Source: Octopus vulgaris (lineage: Eukaryota). From it: DNA of 64,000 bases. Below the pieces are notes generated by a model. It had not been told where the DNA came from and made no database searches. It was given only the letters and a program-made list of their open reading frames with translations. Shown in pieces: positions 27,691 to 41,743 of the stretch (the first letter of the stretch is position 1; each line of letters opens with the position of its first letter). The position numbers were made by a program, and so were the translations under genes. Location of the stretch: assembly GCA_951406725.2 (NCBI GenBank), contig OX597830.1, positions 46,066,001 to 46,130,000 of the forward strand. The letters are read 5' to 3'.

Positions 27691-28908
27691 CTGTTATTGT
27701 GTGACAGAAATTTAATTAAATTCACATTATAATGAAAATTTAAAAACCTTTGCAAAATTTACAAAATATGAAATATATTCTCAATCCTACAATAAACAGA
27801 AAAAAATAGAAACTTCTTATGTTTATAGTCGTCAATTATACAGAGACAACTCTTTTCCCTCAAATGCTGATGGTGTGTAAATGGATATCATAACAACATC
27901 AACTATCAAATGCTAAAGTTTGAAAAAGTAGGGTCAAATAATTTCCCCCATTGACAAAAATATAATCCTGTAATAAAGTTTGAATCTAATTAAACTGTTT
28001 GACAGAGAAACAATTCACAAGAATAACTTTAAAATAATTTCATTTTAAATTCCACAAAGTGGAAGAATGAGCTGAGTAGGCATTTCTGTACTCTTTGACA
28101 AGAATATTAATCACCCAATGACAATAAATAGTAAATTATTGTATTTTATTTAAGGCATAATTACAATTCAGGTATGTCAAAAAGAATTCACTTAATTAGC
28201 ATCTTTTCATTTCCATTACCATTCATGAAAAATTTGAGCAGAAAGGAATAAACAGAAATTCCAAAATAAATTTTGTAAAAAGTTTTGTCATATTTATGGA
28301 TATGTTGTAAATTAGAACCCGTTACATTCTTAGACACTCCAGACAAGATTTTCCATATTGAGTCTATTGTATTTCAAAACTGTTACTAACATTAAAATAA
28401 CTTCTTGACTCAAGCTATCTAAAAATATTTATCTAATAGTTTCACAACATATACCTCTCTCATATTTAACAAAAAATCCACCGAATTTAAATAAATTCTG
28501 ATGTCACATTATTACTTCTACCGAAAATAATTGTATAGTCTTTAAAGCGTAGTCCACATAAAAAGCACCTGTGCTGGTGCCACATAGACAGCACCCATGC
28601 TGGTGCCACATATAAAAGTACCCATGCTGGGACCACATATAAAGCACCTATGTTGGTGCCATGTACAGAGCAGTGATGCTGGCGCCATGTAAAAAGCAAC
28701 CAATACACTCTGCAAAAAATGGTTGGCATCAGGAAAGGCATCCAGCCAAAGAAACCATAACAAAACAGGACAATTGGAGCCTAGAGCAGGTTTCTGGCTT
28801 ACTAGTTCCTGTTGAACCATCCAACCCATGCCAGCATAGAAAGCAGAAGAGAAATGGTGATGAAAATGACAATGATGATTAATATAATTAGCAAGAAATG
28901 TTACAAAC

Positions 28909-29065
28909 CTTCTTTTTTAATTTCCATGTTATTGAGAGCTTCTAAAAGTCTAGATTCTTGGTTCTCGTGTCGGAATACCATCAACAAAGCTTTGGCCAGA
29001 GAGATTCTTTCACTGACACATACTTGAGCTAACATAAGAACATTGTCTAAATTCGTTAATATAAG
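28909..29065 (-). CDS. RASA1: Exon 16, start of GAP domain (LILTNLDNV...LAKALLMVFRHE...EIKKE)
   Basis: ttcag| acceptor, |gtttgt donor. Confidence 0.92.
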
Positions 29066-29949
29066 CTGAAAAAGAAAAGTTTCTTCCATTGTATTTTAGT
29101 TTTTTATATATACATAAAAGACGTAAGTCCAAAACAATTCTATCTTAACCCTTTAGCATTCAGCTTATTCTGTCAAATCTAATCCTTATTTATTCACAAT
29201 GTTTTCAATTAATCGTGTATTTTACCACAGCTTCTAAATTTTGATGTTATGATTATTTCTTTTTAGAATGACATTGTAGGGTAGGTGTGAGAGGCTGGAT
29301 CAGGTCAGTTTGGGCCTGATATGACCGGTTTAAATGCTAGTGGATTAAACATGATAAAAACGGTTTGGAAAGTTTTAAAGAATAGGCAACATAAATTTCT
29401 TGCTCCATTCGAGGTGTAATATTAGGACTAATTAAGGTAGAAAGCTGGCAGAATCATTAGCAGTCCAGGAAAAATGCTTAGCAGCATTTTGTCCATCTTT
29501 CCGTTCTGAGTTCAAATGCCTTAGGTACCAGTCATGTACTGGGGTTGAGATAATCAACTTATCTCCACACCCAAAGTTGCTGGCCTTGTGTCAAAACTCG
29601 AAACCAATATCATTTTCAATTTAAGTGTGTATGAGTAAAGGAGACAAAAATAAAGGAACACGAAAGAGGAATTAGATGTAGAGAAGGATTGAGAAGACTG
29701 CCAAGGTGTCTGGGTGAGAAGAACCTGCAGAAAAGGAAAGCAGAGGAAGACGTGGGTAGAAGTGCTGAAGACTGAGTTAAAAAAACAGAAAACTGTATCT
29801 CTTAAAGGAGAAGACAAAGGATGACCACAAGAGGTGGGGGTCAGCTGTGCAGCAGAAGACTTGTTCAGTTCATACAAACACGGGAGAAAGAAAAAAAAAG
29901 GTAAACAGATGTAAAGAAATTAATAAATGCAAACATGTTGGTTTCTTAC

Positions 29950-30122
29950 CTCTTTAAGTGTTGTGTATTCTCCTGGTGGCATGATTACTTCATGGAGGTA
30001 CCGAGACTTTATCCGAAGGGAACCCATATCTCCTCGACTAGCAATATTCACAGGTTGTAAGCTATACCATTCATCAATAAACTCCCCACTTTTCAAGTCG
30101 TTCAAATCTATTGTTGTTTGTA
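29950..30122 (-). CDS. RASA1: Exon 15, end of C2 (QTTIDLNDL...DEWYSL...GSLRIKSRY...IMPPGEYTTLKE)
   Basis: ttag| acceptor, |gtaaga donor. Confidence 0.95.
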
Positions 30123-30808
30123 CTAAAGAAAAGAAAAAAAAAAAGATTTTCAAGAAGGGATTTTGTCATTTTTGCTAACAAAAATGAAAAATGAAAAAAA
30201 AAAAACTTTCACTAAAAATAATGAGAAGCATTAAAAATTAAAAATAGCGAGAAATATTAAAAATTAAAAATTCATTAAAAGTATTGTTGAACATTTACAA
30301 AAAACAAGGAATGAAAAAAGAAGAGATTTGTTGTTAATTAAAAACACATGAGAATAATTAAGATGAAGGACCAAGTCCAGATCCTTCTACCTAATTCTGT
30401 CTAATTGTGTCAGCACAAACAATGAAACAATGCATTCAATACAAGTGCCATTGCTGCAGAGTTTATTTAAAGATTAATCAATAACTGCTGCCTGAAAAGG
30501 GTGAATGCCTATAACTCTTCATAAATTCATACGGCCAACACCTTCTCACAGAGATTTGCCAAATCCTTCTTTCTAAGAACTGCTATCTGGAACCCCTTCC
30601 TTTGCTCTTCAATAACTTACGATATTTCCAAGTAAACTGCAACTGTACTAGTTAGCACAATAAATCTTTCTAAGATGTATTGCTGATGTTTGTAATTTAA
30701 TAACGCCGAGAGAGAGCAAAGAAGTTGATGTGATAATTGCATAGGTTTATCTTTAATTTGTGATGGCATGATTAAGTTATCAGGAAAAAAAAAAACATTA
30801 CTACATAC

Positions 30809-30885
30809 CCACTTCAACATCTTTTGAACGACGACCTTGATTTACAATAGATATGGTGAAACTTTCCACATCAGAAGGAATGTCA
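30809..30885 (-). CDS. RASA1: Exon 14, C2 (DIPSDVESFTISIVNQGRRSKDVEV)
   Basis: gtag| acceptor, |gtatgt donor. Confidence 0.93.
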
Positions 30886-31069
30886 CTACACAAAAGGAAA
30901 ACAAAAAAGAAAGAAAATAAGAAACAAGCAAATAGCAATGGTCTGTTTTTAAAATCCCCTAAACCCCTTTGTTGATACCCAGTCAACAGCCACACCCTGT
31001 GTCCTCCCTACCCACTCTGTGAGATTATTGTCATGCTGCTTATGTTGTGATGTTGTTTGTTTTTTTGAT

Positions 31070-31305
31070 AATGAAATTATTGTATACAGTGCTCAGGTGC
31101 ACCACAAAGTGTCAGAAAGTGCAAATAAAGTATATGCAGTAATGTAGAAATGTCTGGAAAGCGAACAATGTATGAGTCAGATACATGTTTGTGTGTGTAT
31201 GGAGGGGAGAAAATCAAGTGTAGTGTTGGCGAATCTCAGGAAGCATGGAAGTTTTGAAGGATGCAGTGCTCCGACAACTAACAACTGATGCCGGCAGTTT
31301 GTTTG
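31070..31305 (-). mobile_element. CR1/L2-type LINE 3' end, second copy
   Basis: Near reverse complement of 10790-11025. Confidence 0.7.
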
Positions 31306-32564
31306 TAAGTTTACACATAGGATGACTTAAAGTAACAAGAAGTTTGATGTCGGAACAGGGTGCTACCCGGATAACATGGAACTACATTAATCCACCAAAT
31401 CTATAGTCATTTGTACTAAAAACAAAAATCCATTAATCCATCAAGGATAAGGGAGATAACCAGTACTCAACCTTACAATTACCTTCTTTCAACCTTAACT
31501 TTTTCCACTTTTGTATGGATTGGACAAATTTTCTCTAACAGAGCATTTTTCCATTTGTTGGGGTCCTTTGCCAGCTTCTTTATTAGCTCTAACCTCTTTA
31601 GATCAATCTTCACCATTTCTTCTTCTACCGGTCCCTTTTACTTGAATTTGGTACTTTTTTTTATCTGCTAGCCTCCATATACATTACATGTCTACATTTG
31701 TTGTCTACTCTCTTGCATGCTATATTTGATTCATTTTACCCCTCTCAGCTCATTACACATCCAGTGGAGGACACCTGACATTTCTTTCTAGTCCTTGCAC
31801 ATCCTCCACATTTAGCAGCCATATTTCACGGTCAGGTAGTCTCACACATTGTGCACAAGCATGATTTAACGCTTTTCGTACAATAGTTCTCTTGAAATGA
31901 CAATCTTTATTTCAGTTACCTCTAAAAATAATGTCGAACATAAATTAACATTAAAGTTTAACAGGGAATTTTCACTTTATAATCAGAAGTGTGCCCCCAC
32001 CCCGAACCAAGAGTGGTCTCAGACAAGTTGGTATCAAATGGGATAATCTGCCCTGCACTCAGAAGAAAGAATCCCTTTATTACAAGCAGGGGTAATATCC
32101 CCTGTAACTTTTTCCACCCATCTCTTAATTAGATCACCAAGGTAACAGATGTTACCAATTACTTCAAGAAATAATTATTCATGGGTGTACTCAATACTAA
32201 CTACTCCTGCACATCTACAAGAGACAAAATAGTTCAGCTCACTTGATCCTAAATGAACAAGTTGTGTAGCCACAGATTACATTGGGTGCAAGCTATGGAA
32301 TTCCTACCTATACTTTTTCTGTATACCAAGCAGGGCCACTTCCCAGATGGCAGCACAGTCCTGTCTTCTTAACCACTAATGAAAAATTTTATCTTTGAGA
32401 AGCTTCCTATGAGGCCTCTCAATTCTGTACTTTGTTTCTCTATTTAAAACTTCTTAATCTAAAGTAGCACATTTAGAAATTAATGAATGAAAAAATTATA
32501 CAAGGTACTTTCAACAGAAAAAAAAAAAGAAAAGAAAAGAAAAACAGCAGACTAAAGAACTTAC

Positions 32565-32803
32565 TCAAGAATAAAGTCCTCACCCCAATAGGGGTTAGGA
32601 CATTTGCCGACCTGAGTGCGACACACTTGCACATTGTTTAAATACACAACACAATAGGGGTGAGGTAAATGTTTGTTGGGCAAATCTCGTCCATCAAATA
32701 TTTCAATTGATAAACTTCGTAATTCTTTCAATGCTTCTGATAAATGATTTGGTTTAGGAGTTTGAATATTTACACAATAAGGTTTCAACGATTGGATCCA
32801 GTG
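32565..32803 (-). CDS. RASA1: Exon 13, end of PH and start of C2 (HWIQSLKPYC...HPYCVVYLN...NPYWGEDFIL)
   Basis: ccag| acceptor, |gtaagt donor; C2 PYC and NPxWxExF motifs. Confidence 0.95.
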
Positions 32804-33089
32804 CTGGAAAAGCAACCAATATAAAGTGTTGAAGTTTGATAAAGAGAACGACAAAAAGCAGTTTACCAAACAGACTTTCATTTAAGTTCATAAATGGTTA
32901 CAGTATTTCTTTTAAAATGACAAGAGCAAATAAAGAGAGGGCATTAAAGCTAAAATGGTTCACAGTACACAGTTTTGATTAATCAAATGAATTTTCAGTT
33001 TTGAATGAATGAACGAGTGAGTGAGCAAAGAAATGAATGAACATACATATATACATATGCACAAATACACACACACATACATATATACA

Positions 33090-33400
33090 TCATCATCATC
33101 ATCATTTAGCGTCCGCTTTCCATGCTAGCATGGGTTGGACGGTTCAACTGGGGTCTGTGAAGCCAGAAGGCTGCATCAGGCCCAGTCTGATCTGGCAGTG
33201 TTTCTACGGTTGGATGCCCTTCCTAATGCCAACCACTCCGTGAGTGTAGTGGGTGCTTTTTACGTGCCACCCGCACAGGTTACAGACGGAGCTGGAAAAC
33301 GGCCACGGACGGATGGTGCAGATGAGGCTGGCAACGGCCACGGACGGATGGTGCAGATGAGGCTGGCAACGGCCACGATCGGATGGTGCTTTTTACGTGC
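33090..33400 (-). mobile_element. Dispersed repeat ending in (ATG)n, probably RTE 3' UTR-derived
   Basis: Copies at 14460-14800, 28550-28880, 56800-57005 and 59820-59985 (+), and 40490-40880, 43018-43210, 43570-43740, 50980-51200 and 54423-54520 (-); shared GGATGCCCTTCCTAATGCCAACCAC. Confidence 0.65.
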
Positions 33401-34037
33401 CATCATCATCCACATTTTTAATATTCAATTTTCCATGTTTGCATGGGTTGGATGGAATTCTGCTGAGGCGGATTTTCTATGGCCAGACGCTCTTCCACTC
33501 GCCAACTGTTGCCTGATTCCAAGCAAAGTAATGATTTCCCCATGGCTGCTGGACATGTTATTAGAAATGAAAGACACCACTTTCATGAATGGTAGTAACA
33601 CTTGTTTACAATTACCACATGTTGTAAAAGCAGCAAAATAGAAACATGCATATGCACGGATCCAACTTGATTTGGATGCGCTGTGGCCACAAACAGCTGG
33701 TCAGTGTTAAGCTGTGTGGATCTGACGAGATTTCAAGCAAGTATTTTGTGCTTAGGTGTCTACTGCTGATTCTGAAGCAAACTTCTCACCACACAGACGT
33801 GTGTGTGCATGTGTGTGTGTGTGCGTGTGTGTGCGTGTGTGTAAAACAGGTATGGTATTCAATATTTTATAGTCTTTAGTTCATTACAAACATATTTTTC
33901 TCCCGCTTTCTCCCAGCTAAATGATTTTTAGAAATATTTATGAAAGTTTAAGAAATAATTATGAAAAATATTTGGTTTTTGCACAAAAAATATCTATCTG
34001 ATTTATGTTTCAGAATAAGAAATATAATGGTCCTTAC

Positions 34038-34122
34038 CTGAGCCTTATCCGTACTGTCAGCACATAAATAATTTACAGACATGTGGTTGTAAGCGTTAAT
34101 TATCAACTGGAAGCAATTGGGC
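34038..34122 (-). CDS. RASA1: Exon 12, PH (PNCFQLIINAYNHMSVNYLCADSTDKAQ)
   Basis: ccag| acceptor, |gtaagg donor. Confidence 0.94.
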
Positions 34123-34284
34123 CTGGTAATTAAAGTAAAGAAATGATTATATTTTGCTCTTGTTATTCTCTTACCTATTAATTACCCACCTACTATCCTA
34201 TCAACACAGCTTCCCAACCAGAGTCTGTCTCTCTTCCATCATCGTATCTCTATTATGCGTGACCTAATTACATCCTCAATATTG

Positions 34285-34318
<34 letters not shown>

Positions 34319-35157
34319 ATCTCCCATTACTCCCTCCCAACACTACCCATCATTCTTACCATCAGCCATCTTCACTGCTCTCTAACACTTTCTTTCTCAT
34401 GTTATTTTCTCCCCTAATATTAATTCTTGACATCCTTCACTCTCTTTTCTCCAATCACACAGTTTCTGCTGTTCCTACTGAACTTCCTTACCAAAAATCG
34501 TCGCTTTCTTTCTTCTTTTACTCTCCCCTCAATCACCCACTCCCTCCCATCACTATGGCTCTCTTCCATTAAGTTCTTCTCTATCATCCCTTTTGTTTTG
34601 GCCCTCTTTCAGTACTCTTCTACTTGCCAGGGATGAGACAACCCTTTGGAACTGGTAAACAAGCAAATGAAGATCCAAAGTAAAGAGGACACTTTAGTCT
34701 TGCTGCAATGAATGCAGCCAGAGCACAAAATGGTGCCTCGTGAACACAGATAACTAGGGACCTAGGGTAGAAAGAACTGTTCAATCTTCCAGGGAACAAA
34801 GCAACCTTTCTCTTCAGTGCTGGCATCATGATAAAATGAACCCAATTCACTCTGTAAAGTAGTTGGCAAATGAACAGAGACAACGAAAAGCAGAGGGAGG
34901 ACATGATAACCTCTCTAATAATGGCATTGGCGACTGACAATAAGAAGGCCGTGTATGTAGAAAAGAGGGGAAAGGTTCCCAGTTGTAAAAACAACAATTA
35001 CTTCAACAAATAAACTTCCCATCATTTTTGAAAGATGTAAAAACTTGTATATAGCTTCTAAACCATATTAAAACATTAGTGTTTTATTTTTGAATATTTC
35101 AAAATTGCTACAGCATATTCAGCAAACAGTTTAAAGTAAAATGAAATTGTAACTCAC

Positions 35158-35231
35158 CGCCCAAAAAAACTGTCATGGACAGGATATATAGAACTGAATG
35201 CAAGGTCAATCATTCCTTTTGGCTTTGATCT
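35158..35231 (-). CDS. RASA1: Exon 11, PH (RSKPKGMIDLAFSSIYPVHDSFFGR)
   Basis: ttcag| acceptor, |gtgagt donor; KPKGxIDL motif. Confidence 0.95.
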
Positions 35232-36857
35232 CTGAAAACAGAAACAAATTATAATTTTAAAAGTTACCAAACTATTTATGGCTGCATCGCAAATTAAAAT
35301 TAAAAATAGTTCTTTGCAAAATTAAACTGAAATCTGAAACAAGTTTCTTCATTATCAAATCACTTGTAAAGTAATCACAACTGCAGCCAGTCAATTAAAT
35401 ACATTTCCTATCATACACTTTTACTCAGACACTTATTTCTAAAAATAATTTGGTCTTTTAGAGTCTTCTTTTATTTATTTTTCTAGTAATATGATTTTTT
35501 TTTTCAACTGAACAATTTCAAAACAAAAGCAACAATGAAAAAATACATCATCTACAATGGTAGGGAAACGGAAAACAAGTTACTAATGCAGAGAGTAACA
35601 AACTGGTTAGAATGCTCTTTTTGGTGTAGTTCTACTCCTTTAAAGAACATGTGCCATGCATGCAGGGCAACATCAGTAATAAATTTAGTGGTTGCAAATG
35701 AAGTCAATAGGTGTAGAACTGTTATATTTGATTCCCAGAAACCAGCCCATGCTTCATTTAAAATAAAAGTTTGTGACTATTAATAACTGGTGTTTTTCGT
35801 TATTAAGATACTTGTGGATAGGCAAAGTTGTAATGTACCGCCTTAGACTGCAAAATGGACAGAGATTTATGAAACATCTAACCACAATAGAATCATTCAG
35901 GATTCCATCCAACTATTCATTTCCACCATCCACAAGCACCTTCCCAGAAACAGCTGTCATTACATTTGGCTCAGCTTGAAGAATTTGTTTTGTGATTCTT
36001 TCTGGTGATATTTTAACCACATATCCATTGTAATGGAGCTGTGACCTGTCAATGCAGAGATATAGCAGTTCAGCCTGGAGAGACTCTTTGGTCCCCCAAG
36101 CTATGCACCCTGCCATGCAGCTGCATCTTAACCGTTTGTATGCATGATTGTACACTTTCAGGCATTACCCAACATTCATGCAGAAGAGAGGATAGGCATG
36201 GAAACCAAATTCATGATAGCAAGTTTGGCATTTTTACCAACCTCTTCCCTTCTGAGAATCGAATGCTGAAGCTGTGCCAGCATCTGCAATTCTACATCCA
36301 ATTCATCTTTCTTCTTCTCATCACTTGTGAATACAACCCCAACACACTTGAACTTTTCCATTATTTTATTTAAAAATTTGAAACATGACACATGAAAACT
36401 TCTGAAGAAATGATTATAATGCATTCAAATATCCATGCACCTACATGGACCTATGTGCAAAAGCACACATAAATATGTTTCCAGAGGCAACTAAACTGAT
36501 AACTTTTTTAAACACTAATTCTAACAATAAGGTATCATATATATTTCTTTACTGCCCACAAGGGGCTAAACATAGACAAAGACAGACAAAGGGATTGAGT
36601 CGATTATATCACCCCCAGTGCGAAACTGGTACTTTATTTATCGACCCCGAAAGGATGAAAGGCAAAGTCGACCTCGGCGGAATTTGAACTCAGAATGTAA
36701 CAACAGACGAAATACCGCTAAGCATTTCACCCGGTGCGCTAACGTGTCTGCCAGCTCGCAGCCTAAGGTATCATATACAAGACATACAGTATAAACAGTT
36801 TAATGTTATAAACAGTAAGAAGAGAATAATAAAAAAAAAAAATTCAAAATATCCTAC

Positions 36858-36940
36858 CCTTTCATTTTCAAAATAACGCAGCTGCCGTTCAGTGCCATTC
36901 AAAATAAAGTACATGTTTTTCCATTTTTTAGTCTTTTGTC
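36858..36940 (-). CDS. RASA1: Exon 10, PH (QKTKKWKNMYFILNGTERQLRYFENER)
   Basis: gtag| acceptor, |gtagga donor. Confidence 0.93.
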
Positions 36941-37107
36941 CTACAATTAAAAATAATTTTAAAACTGCTTATTTCACTTAAAAGCTCGTTTTTAATGACA
37001 TAAAATTATTTTTTTCATAATCGAATCACGAGTGAAAAACAAACCCTCTTCACAATTTTTAGAAACTTAAAGACAACAAGAACTTGATTATATTCTGCAA
37101 TACTTAC

Positions 37108-37246
37108 GTTTTTTAAGATAACCCGTGATATCAATTCTGTCCCACTGCTTCTTAAGTAAGTTAGCCCCAGTACCTCGTTTTAAAGAAGCATATAATTCCT
37201 TGGTTTTGGCAGAATCAAGGCTTGGACCACTTCCATTGAGCACATC
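37108..37246 (-). CDS. RASA1: Exon 9, linker and start of PH (DVLNGSG...KELYASLKR...GYLKK)
   Basis: gtag| acceptor, |gtaagt donor; GYL motif of PH beta1. Confidence 0.88.
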
Positions 37247-38515
37247 CTACAAAGCAGAAAATAATCTTTTACCAATTTCTGAATCATGTAAATGCCATGA
37301 AAAAAAATTTACATTTACCACAACAATAATCCTTGAATGTTACAAAACTATCATATATCTTACACTTGTTAAGAGGAGAGCAAAAAGATTGACATGCAAT
37401 TCTGTACATGTCAATATAAAACAGAATAAGGAGAGATAAGAGAGTGTGATTGGTTGTTATGCTAGTTTTTGTGGTAAGCCTAACACAACAACCTGGCCCT
37501 TTAACAGGGTTCACTCCGTTGCAAGCAGTCAAACTATATCTTAGTTCCATTCCACTGCAAATATTCAGAGGTTGAGCAATAGCAACATAAATCTCAACAG
37601 GCTGATAATAGACATTAACCTATCACCAATTTATCAGCAACTACCAACTTCCTTTGATTTCTTTTAAGTTCCAGAGATCATGCATCTCTAATTTGCAAAA
37701 AATACTGCAGACATAGATACAGAGGACTCTCCTGAAGCCTAACAACAAATCAGAACTATATCTTGTCACCATACCAATGAAATTCTTAAGTTATTTCCAA
37801 AAACAAAGAAAATAATGACATCTCCTCCAGTTCAGTAAACAGGCAAATATATGAACCAAAGAAATAAAATATTGAAATGTTCTCATTTGATTCATTGTCA
37901 CACTGTGTAGTTACAACTCACTCAGATCAAAGGTCATGACCTTCACAACTCTTTATGAAGTTATTTGAAACAGATATCTCAATAAATCAATCAATAAGTG
38001 AGTACTGAAGGGTGTGTTGGGAATATATAGCATTCATTATCTATTTGAGTCAGTTCCATAGTGTACTGTCCAATAAACTGAGCCTTTTGTAGTCTTCACA
38101 ATGGACATAAGTTTTTCATTACAGACAAACCTTCCTCAACACAAACTCATAACAGAATAGAGATATTATCCGGCAATTAAAAAGGAATTCATATATGACA
38201 GTGTCAATTATTTAATGAGCTTCTTAAGTCATTAAAATCTCAATCGTTTGTCATAGTTTCATAATATTCTCACTATCTCTAGGAGCCATAATCTAGACTG
38301 GCTGTTCAACAACATTCGGCAAAACAGTCAACATCATGATAAAACGATGGAAAATTTTTAAATAGTTTTAAATTCATTCTGTATAAAAAAAAGACTTTTT
38401 AATTTACCAAAAACATTGGTAAACAAATAGGAAAAAGAAAATTTTGAGACAGATGCTTACATGTACCAATATCTCATTTAAATGAAACACCAAAGTAAAT
38501 TTTAAGTAAACTTAC

Positions 38516-38594
38516 CTTTCTCATTACTGCTTTCTTTAATGTTTGACCTTCAACAATTTCTTCACGTGTATATCGTTGAATTATAGCATGTAGA
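38516..38594 (-). CDS. RASA1: Exon 8 (LHAIIQRYTREEIVEGQTLKKAVMRK)
   Basis: gcag| acceptor, |gtaagt donor; end of C-SH2. Confidence 0.93.
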
Positions 38595-38641
38595 CTGCAC
38601 AATTAAACAAAAAATCATATTAATAATGTGCAATATGTGTA

Positions 38642-38713
<72 letters not shown>

Positions 38714-41207
38714 CATACATACAAAGCCAGTGAACAGCAATGATGATACCGGTATGACTTTGAATCACTTTAACAATTCAAAATAATGAATTTAATTCCT
38801 CTTAATTCTACCTCAGTTCATCTAACTGTATTTATTTATCGCTTCTTTTCATAAAAAAGCCTTTATTTTTTTGATATTCAATGTGCATTTTCACATTTTT
38901 TTCTTCTTACTTTCCCCATGTATATATATATATATATACACACATACACTTAATAATATACATGCTCAAAGCTTCAGAGATATATACATTAAACATGTTT
39001 TGTGAAACTTGTTCCAAGAATCTTAGATTAATCTAAATCAGAGAATAAATAGACAAACATGCAAAAATACTATTACTGTAAGTCGTAACAATAACCAAAG
39101 ACACTGAACTAGTAGTGCAAAGGGCACATAAAAGAACAGCCAACAGTAAATACTATAACCAATTTTGGAAAGGCAGCCAATGATGTTAAACCAAAAAGCT
39201 GGCTTTGCAGAAGTGAGCTGCCAAGCATTGAAAAATGGAAAACATTTCCAAATGGAAAAGAAATGAGAAGGAGAAAGAGTCTCCTGGAGTTAGGTCAAAC
39301 GTAGAAATAACAGAACTTGAATAATTGTATTTTAATGACAACACACATGACATTTAAGTAAATTAAGGGATTATTTTGAGCCAAACCACAAAATATTGTA
39401 CTATACTTCTTCAACAAGATAAAAAGGGCTGTACTCTTCAAAAAAGTACATTTATTATACTACCTGACTCAGTCTATAGAGCTGTAAAAAAAAAAGCTTA
39501 CACACCCACTTAAAATTAAAATCAGTATCCAAAATCAAAATATGTCAGGGTATAAAATGACAAAGTAAATGAACCGTTCTCAACAGGTTCTCAAAGATAA
39601 TCCATCATAAATTTGATAAATGAAGTCATTAATTTAATTAATAGTAAAGCACAAAATATTTTGTGATAGAGGTATGATACATTATTTTTAATTAAACTTC
39701 ATTGATTTATCTTTCATTGTTTAATATGAAGAAAGAACAAAACAGAGACAGCCAAATTGTAAGCAATATACCAGATCTTGACAAGAGTCAATAATGATGG
39801 TAGAACTAAAATATGAAAATCACAACCATCCTATTTGTGAACAGCTTACAACTTTACAAATGCTTGGTTTCTAATGACCTTACATGACAATCACAGATTT
39901 ATAAGAGAGTTCAAACAGCATTTCAAATAATAAGCCCTTTCTTCAAGACAAAAAAAATACTAAACTATTGCTGAGCCCCAAATCAGTCAACTGGTTTACA
40001 CATAATTGTGCTGAAGGTGTTCTGGCAAAATGCAGCTTTAGCCAACACCAGAGCATCTACCAGGTTATTATTCTGACGGGGGAAGATGTTTTGATTCATT
40101 GTACAGCTCTTAATTTATCCCACCCTTCTAACCAGCAGTTAATCCTTTTGGTTCTCTGCCAACAAATACATCCATCAATCCTGCAGAATCCACAACCAAC
40201 TGCCACTTACAACAGAGACTAACACACTGTCTCTTCTCATTGCTTCTTCAACCATTGCAGCAACACAACGCTATTTCTTTTAGCTACAATATAAACTATA
40301 AAATCTGGAAATACAAGGATAACTGCTCCTCTCATTTTTCTTTTCAGTTAGAAACAGTTTTTATATTTCAGTTATTTTTCTCTAGAGAATATATTCTACT
40401 ATAAGTGATGTAAACAGTATTCAGAATTTATGTTCCATAATTCCTTTTCTAATAAGAGTAACTAGTAACATTTCACTCAACTGAACATATCATCATCATC
40501 GTTTAACGTCTGTTTTCCATGCTAGCATGGGTTAGACGGTTCGACCGGGGTCTAGGAAGCCAGGAGGCTGTACCAGGCTCCAGTCTGATCTGGCAGTGTT
40601 TCTACAGCTTGATGCCCTTCCTAATGCCAACCACTCTGGGTGTAGTGGGTGCTTTTTACTTGCCACCGGCACAGAGGCCAGAGGAGGTTGGCGAATGGCC
40701 ACGATCAGTTGGTGCTTTTTATGTGTCACCGACACGGACGCCAGTCAGGTAGCGCTGGCATCAGCCACGTTCAGACGGTGCTTTTTACATGTCACCAGCA
40801 CGGGTAGCATAACTACAATTTCCATTTGATTTTTTATTTTGATATTGGTGTTGACATGCTTGACTCAATAGGTCTCCTCAAGAACAGTTATATATAATAT
40901 AACAAATGAATACATCCAGCTTGCATTACTTTGATGATAGAGAGGATAGGAAGGATGTCCAGTCATACAAAAACAAAAAAAAAAGAGATAACATTGCCCA
41001 ACCACACAAATACCAAAATCACGAACGCTTCAAGCACGATGAGTTGAAACATGTGAAACCCATACCAATAAGCAAAGACTGGTATAATAAAATCAGTAAG
41101 AATCACTCAACTCCAGTTATTCTGCAGAAACCCAGCCATTCGTTTAGCTGTACAAACAAATATCTATAGACCTTAGTGCCCCTATATGTTCTATCATTTA
41201 CAAACTA

Positions 41208-41518
41208 CATTATTTACATTATTTACATTTGATGGATATTTGTCCTCATCTTGTTTGTTGTTAACACAACGTTTCAGCTGATATACCCTCCAGCCTTCAT
41301 CGGGTGTCTTGGGGAAATTTCAAACCTGCGTTCTCATTCCTAAGATATTTTTCGATACTACTACTACTGCTGCTGCTGTTGTTGTTGTTGTTCAGGTCAC
41401 TGCCTAGAATTGAACTCGAAATCTTGGGGTTAGTAGCCCGCACTCTTAACCACTATGCCATATGCCCATCAAATGTAAATAATGTACATAATTCCTCATC
41501 TCATAGATACAGAACTGT
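41208..41518 (-). mobile_element. tRNA-SINE with hammerhead-bearing Penelope-like tail and inverted 3' piece
   Basis: A/B-box tRNA head at 41395-41467, (AAC/AGC/AGT)n spacer, hammerhead-like motif at 41264-41307, inverted terminal segment at 41467-41518, 12-bp direct repeat ATTTACAAACTA on both sides. Confidence 0.75.
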
Positions 41519-41598
41519 ATTTACAAACTAGTAAAACTGCATAATTTAATATTACGTAACTAAAACAAGAATATTTATTATAAGCAAACACCTCTGAC

Positions 41599-41743
41599 CT
41601 GTCAAAATATCTACCACCAATGAAAAGTTGTCGGCCTTGTTTTTCAATTCTGAACCGAATCACAGTTTTATCATGAAGGAAAAAGAGAGAATAATCTCCT
41701 GGATAGTGTTCACTTGGACGCACAAGGAAACTACCATTTCCCG
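41599..41743 (-). CDS. RASA1: Exon 7, C-SH2 (GNGSFLVRPSEHYPGDYSLFF...GGRYFD)
   Basis: ccag| acceptor, |gtcaga donor; FLVR motif. Confidence 0.94.

Noticed and set aside
41395-41467. tRNA gene
   Set aside because: It has A/B boxes but no full cloverleaf or terminator, and it is the head of a dispersed SINE.
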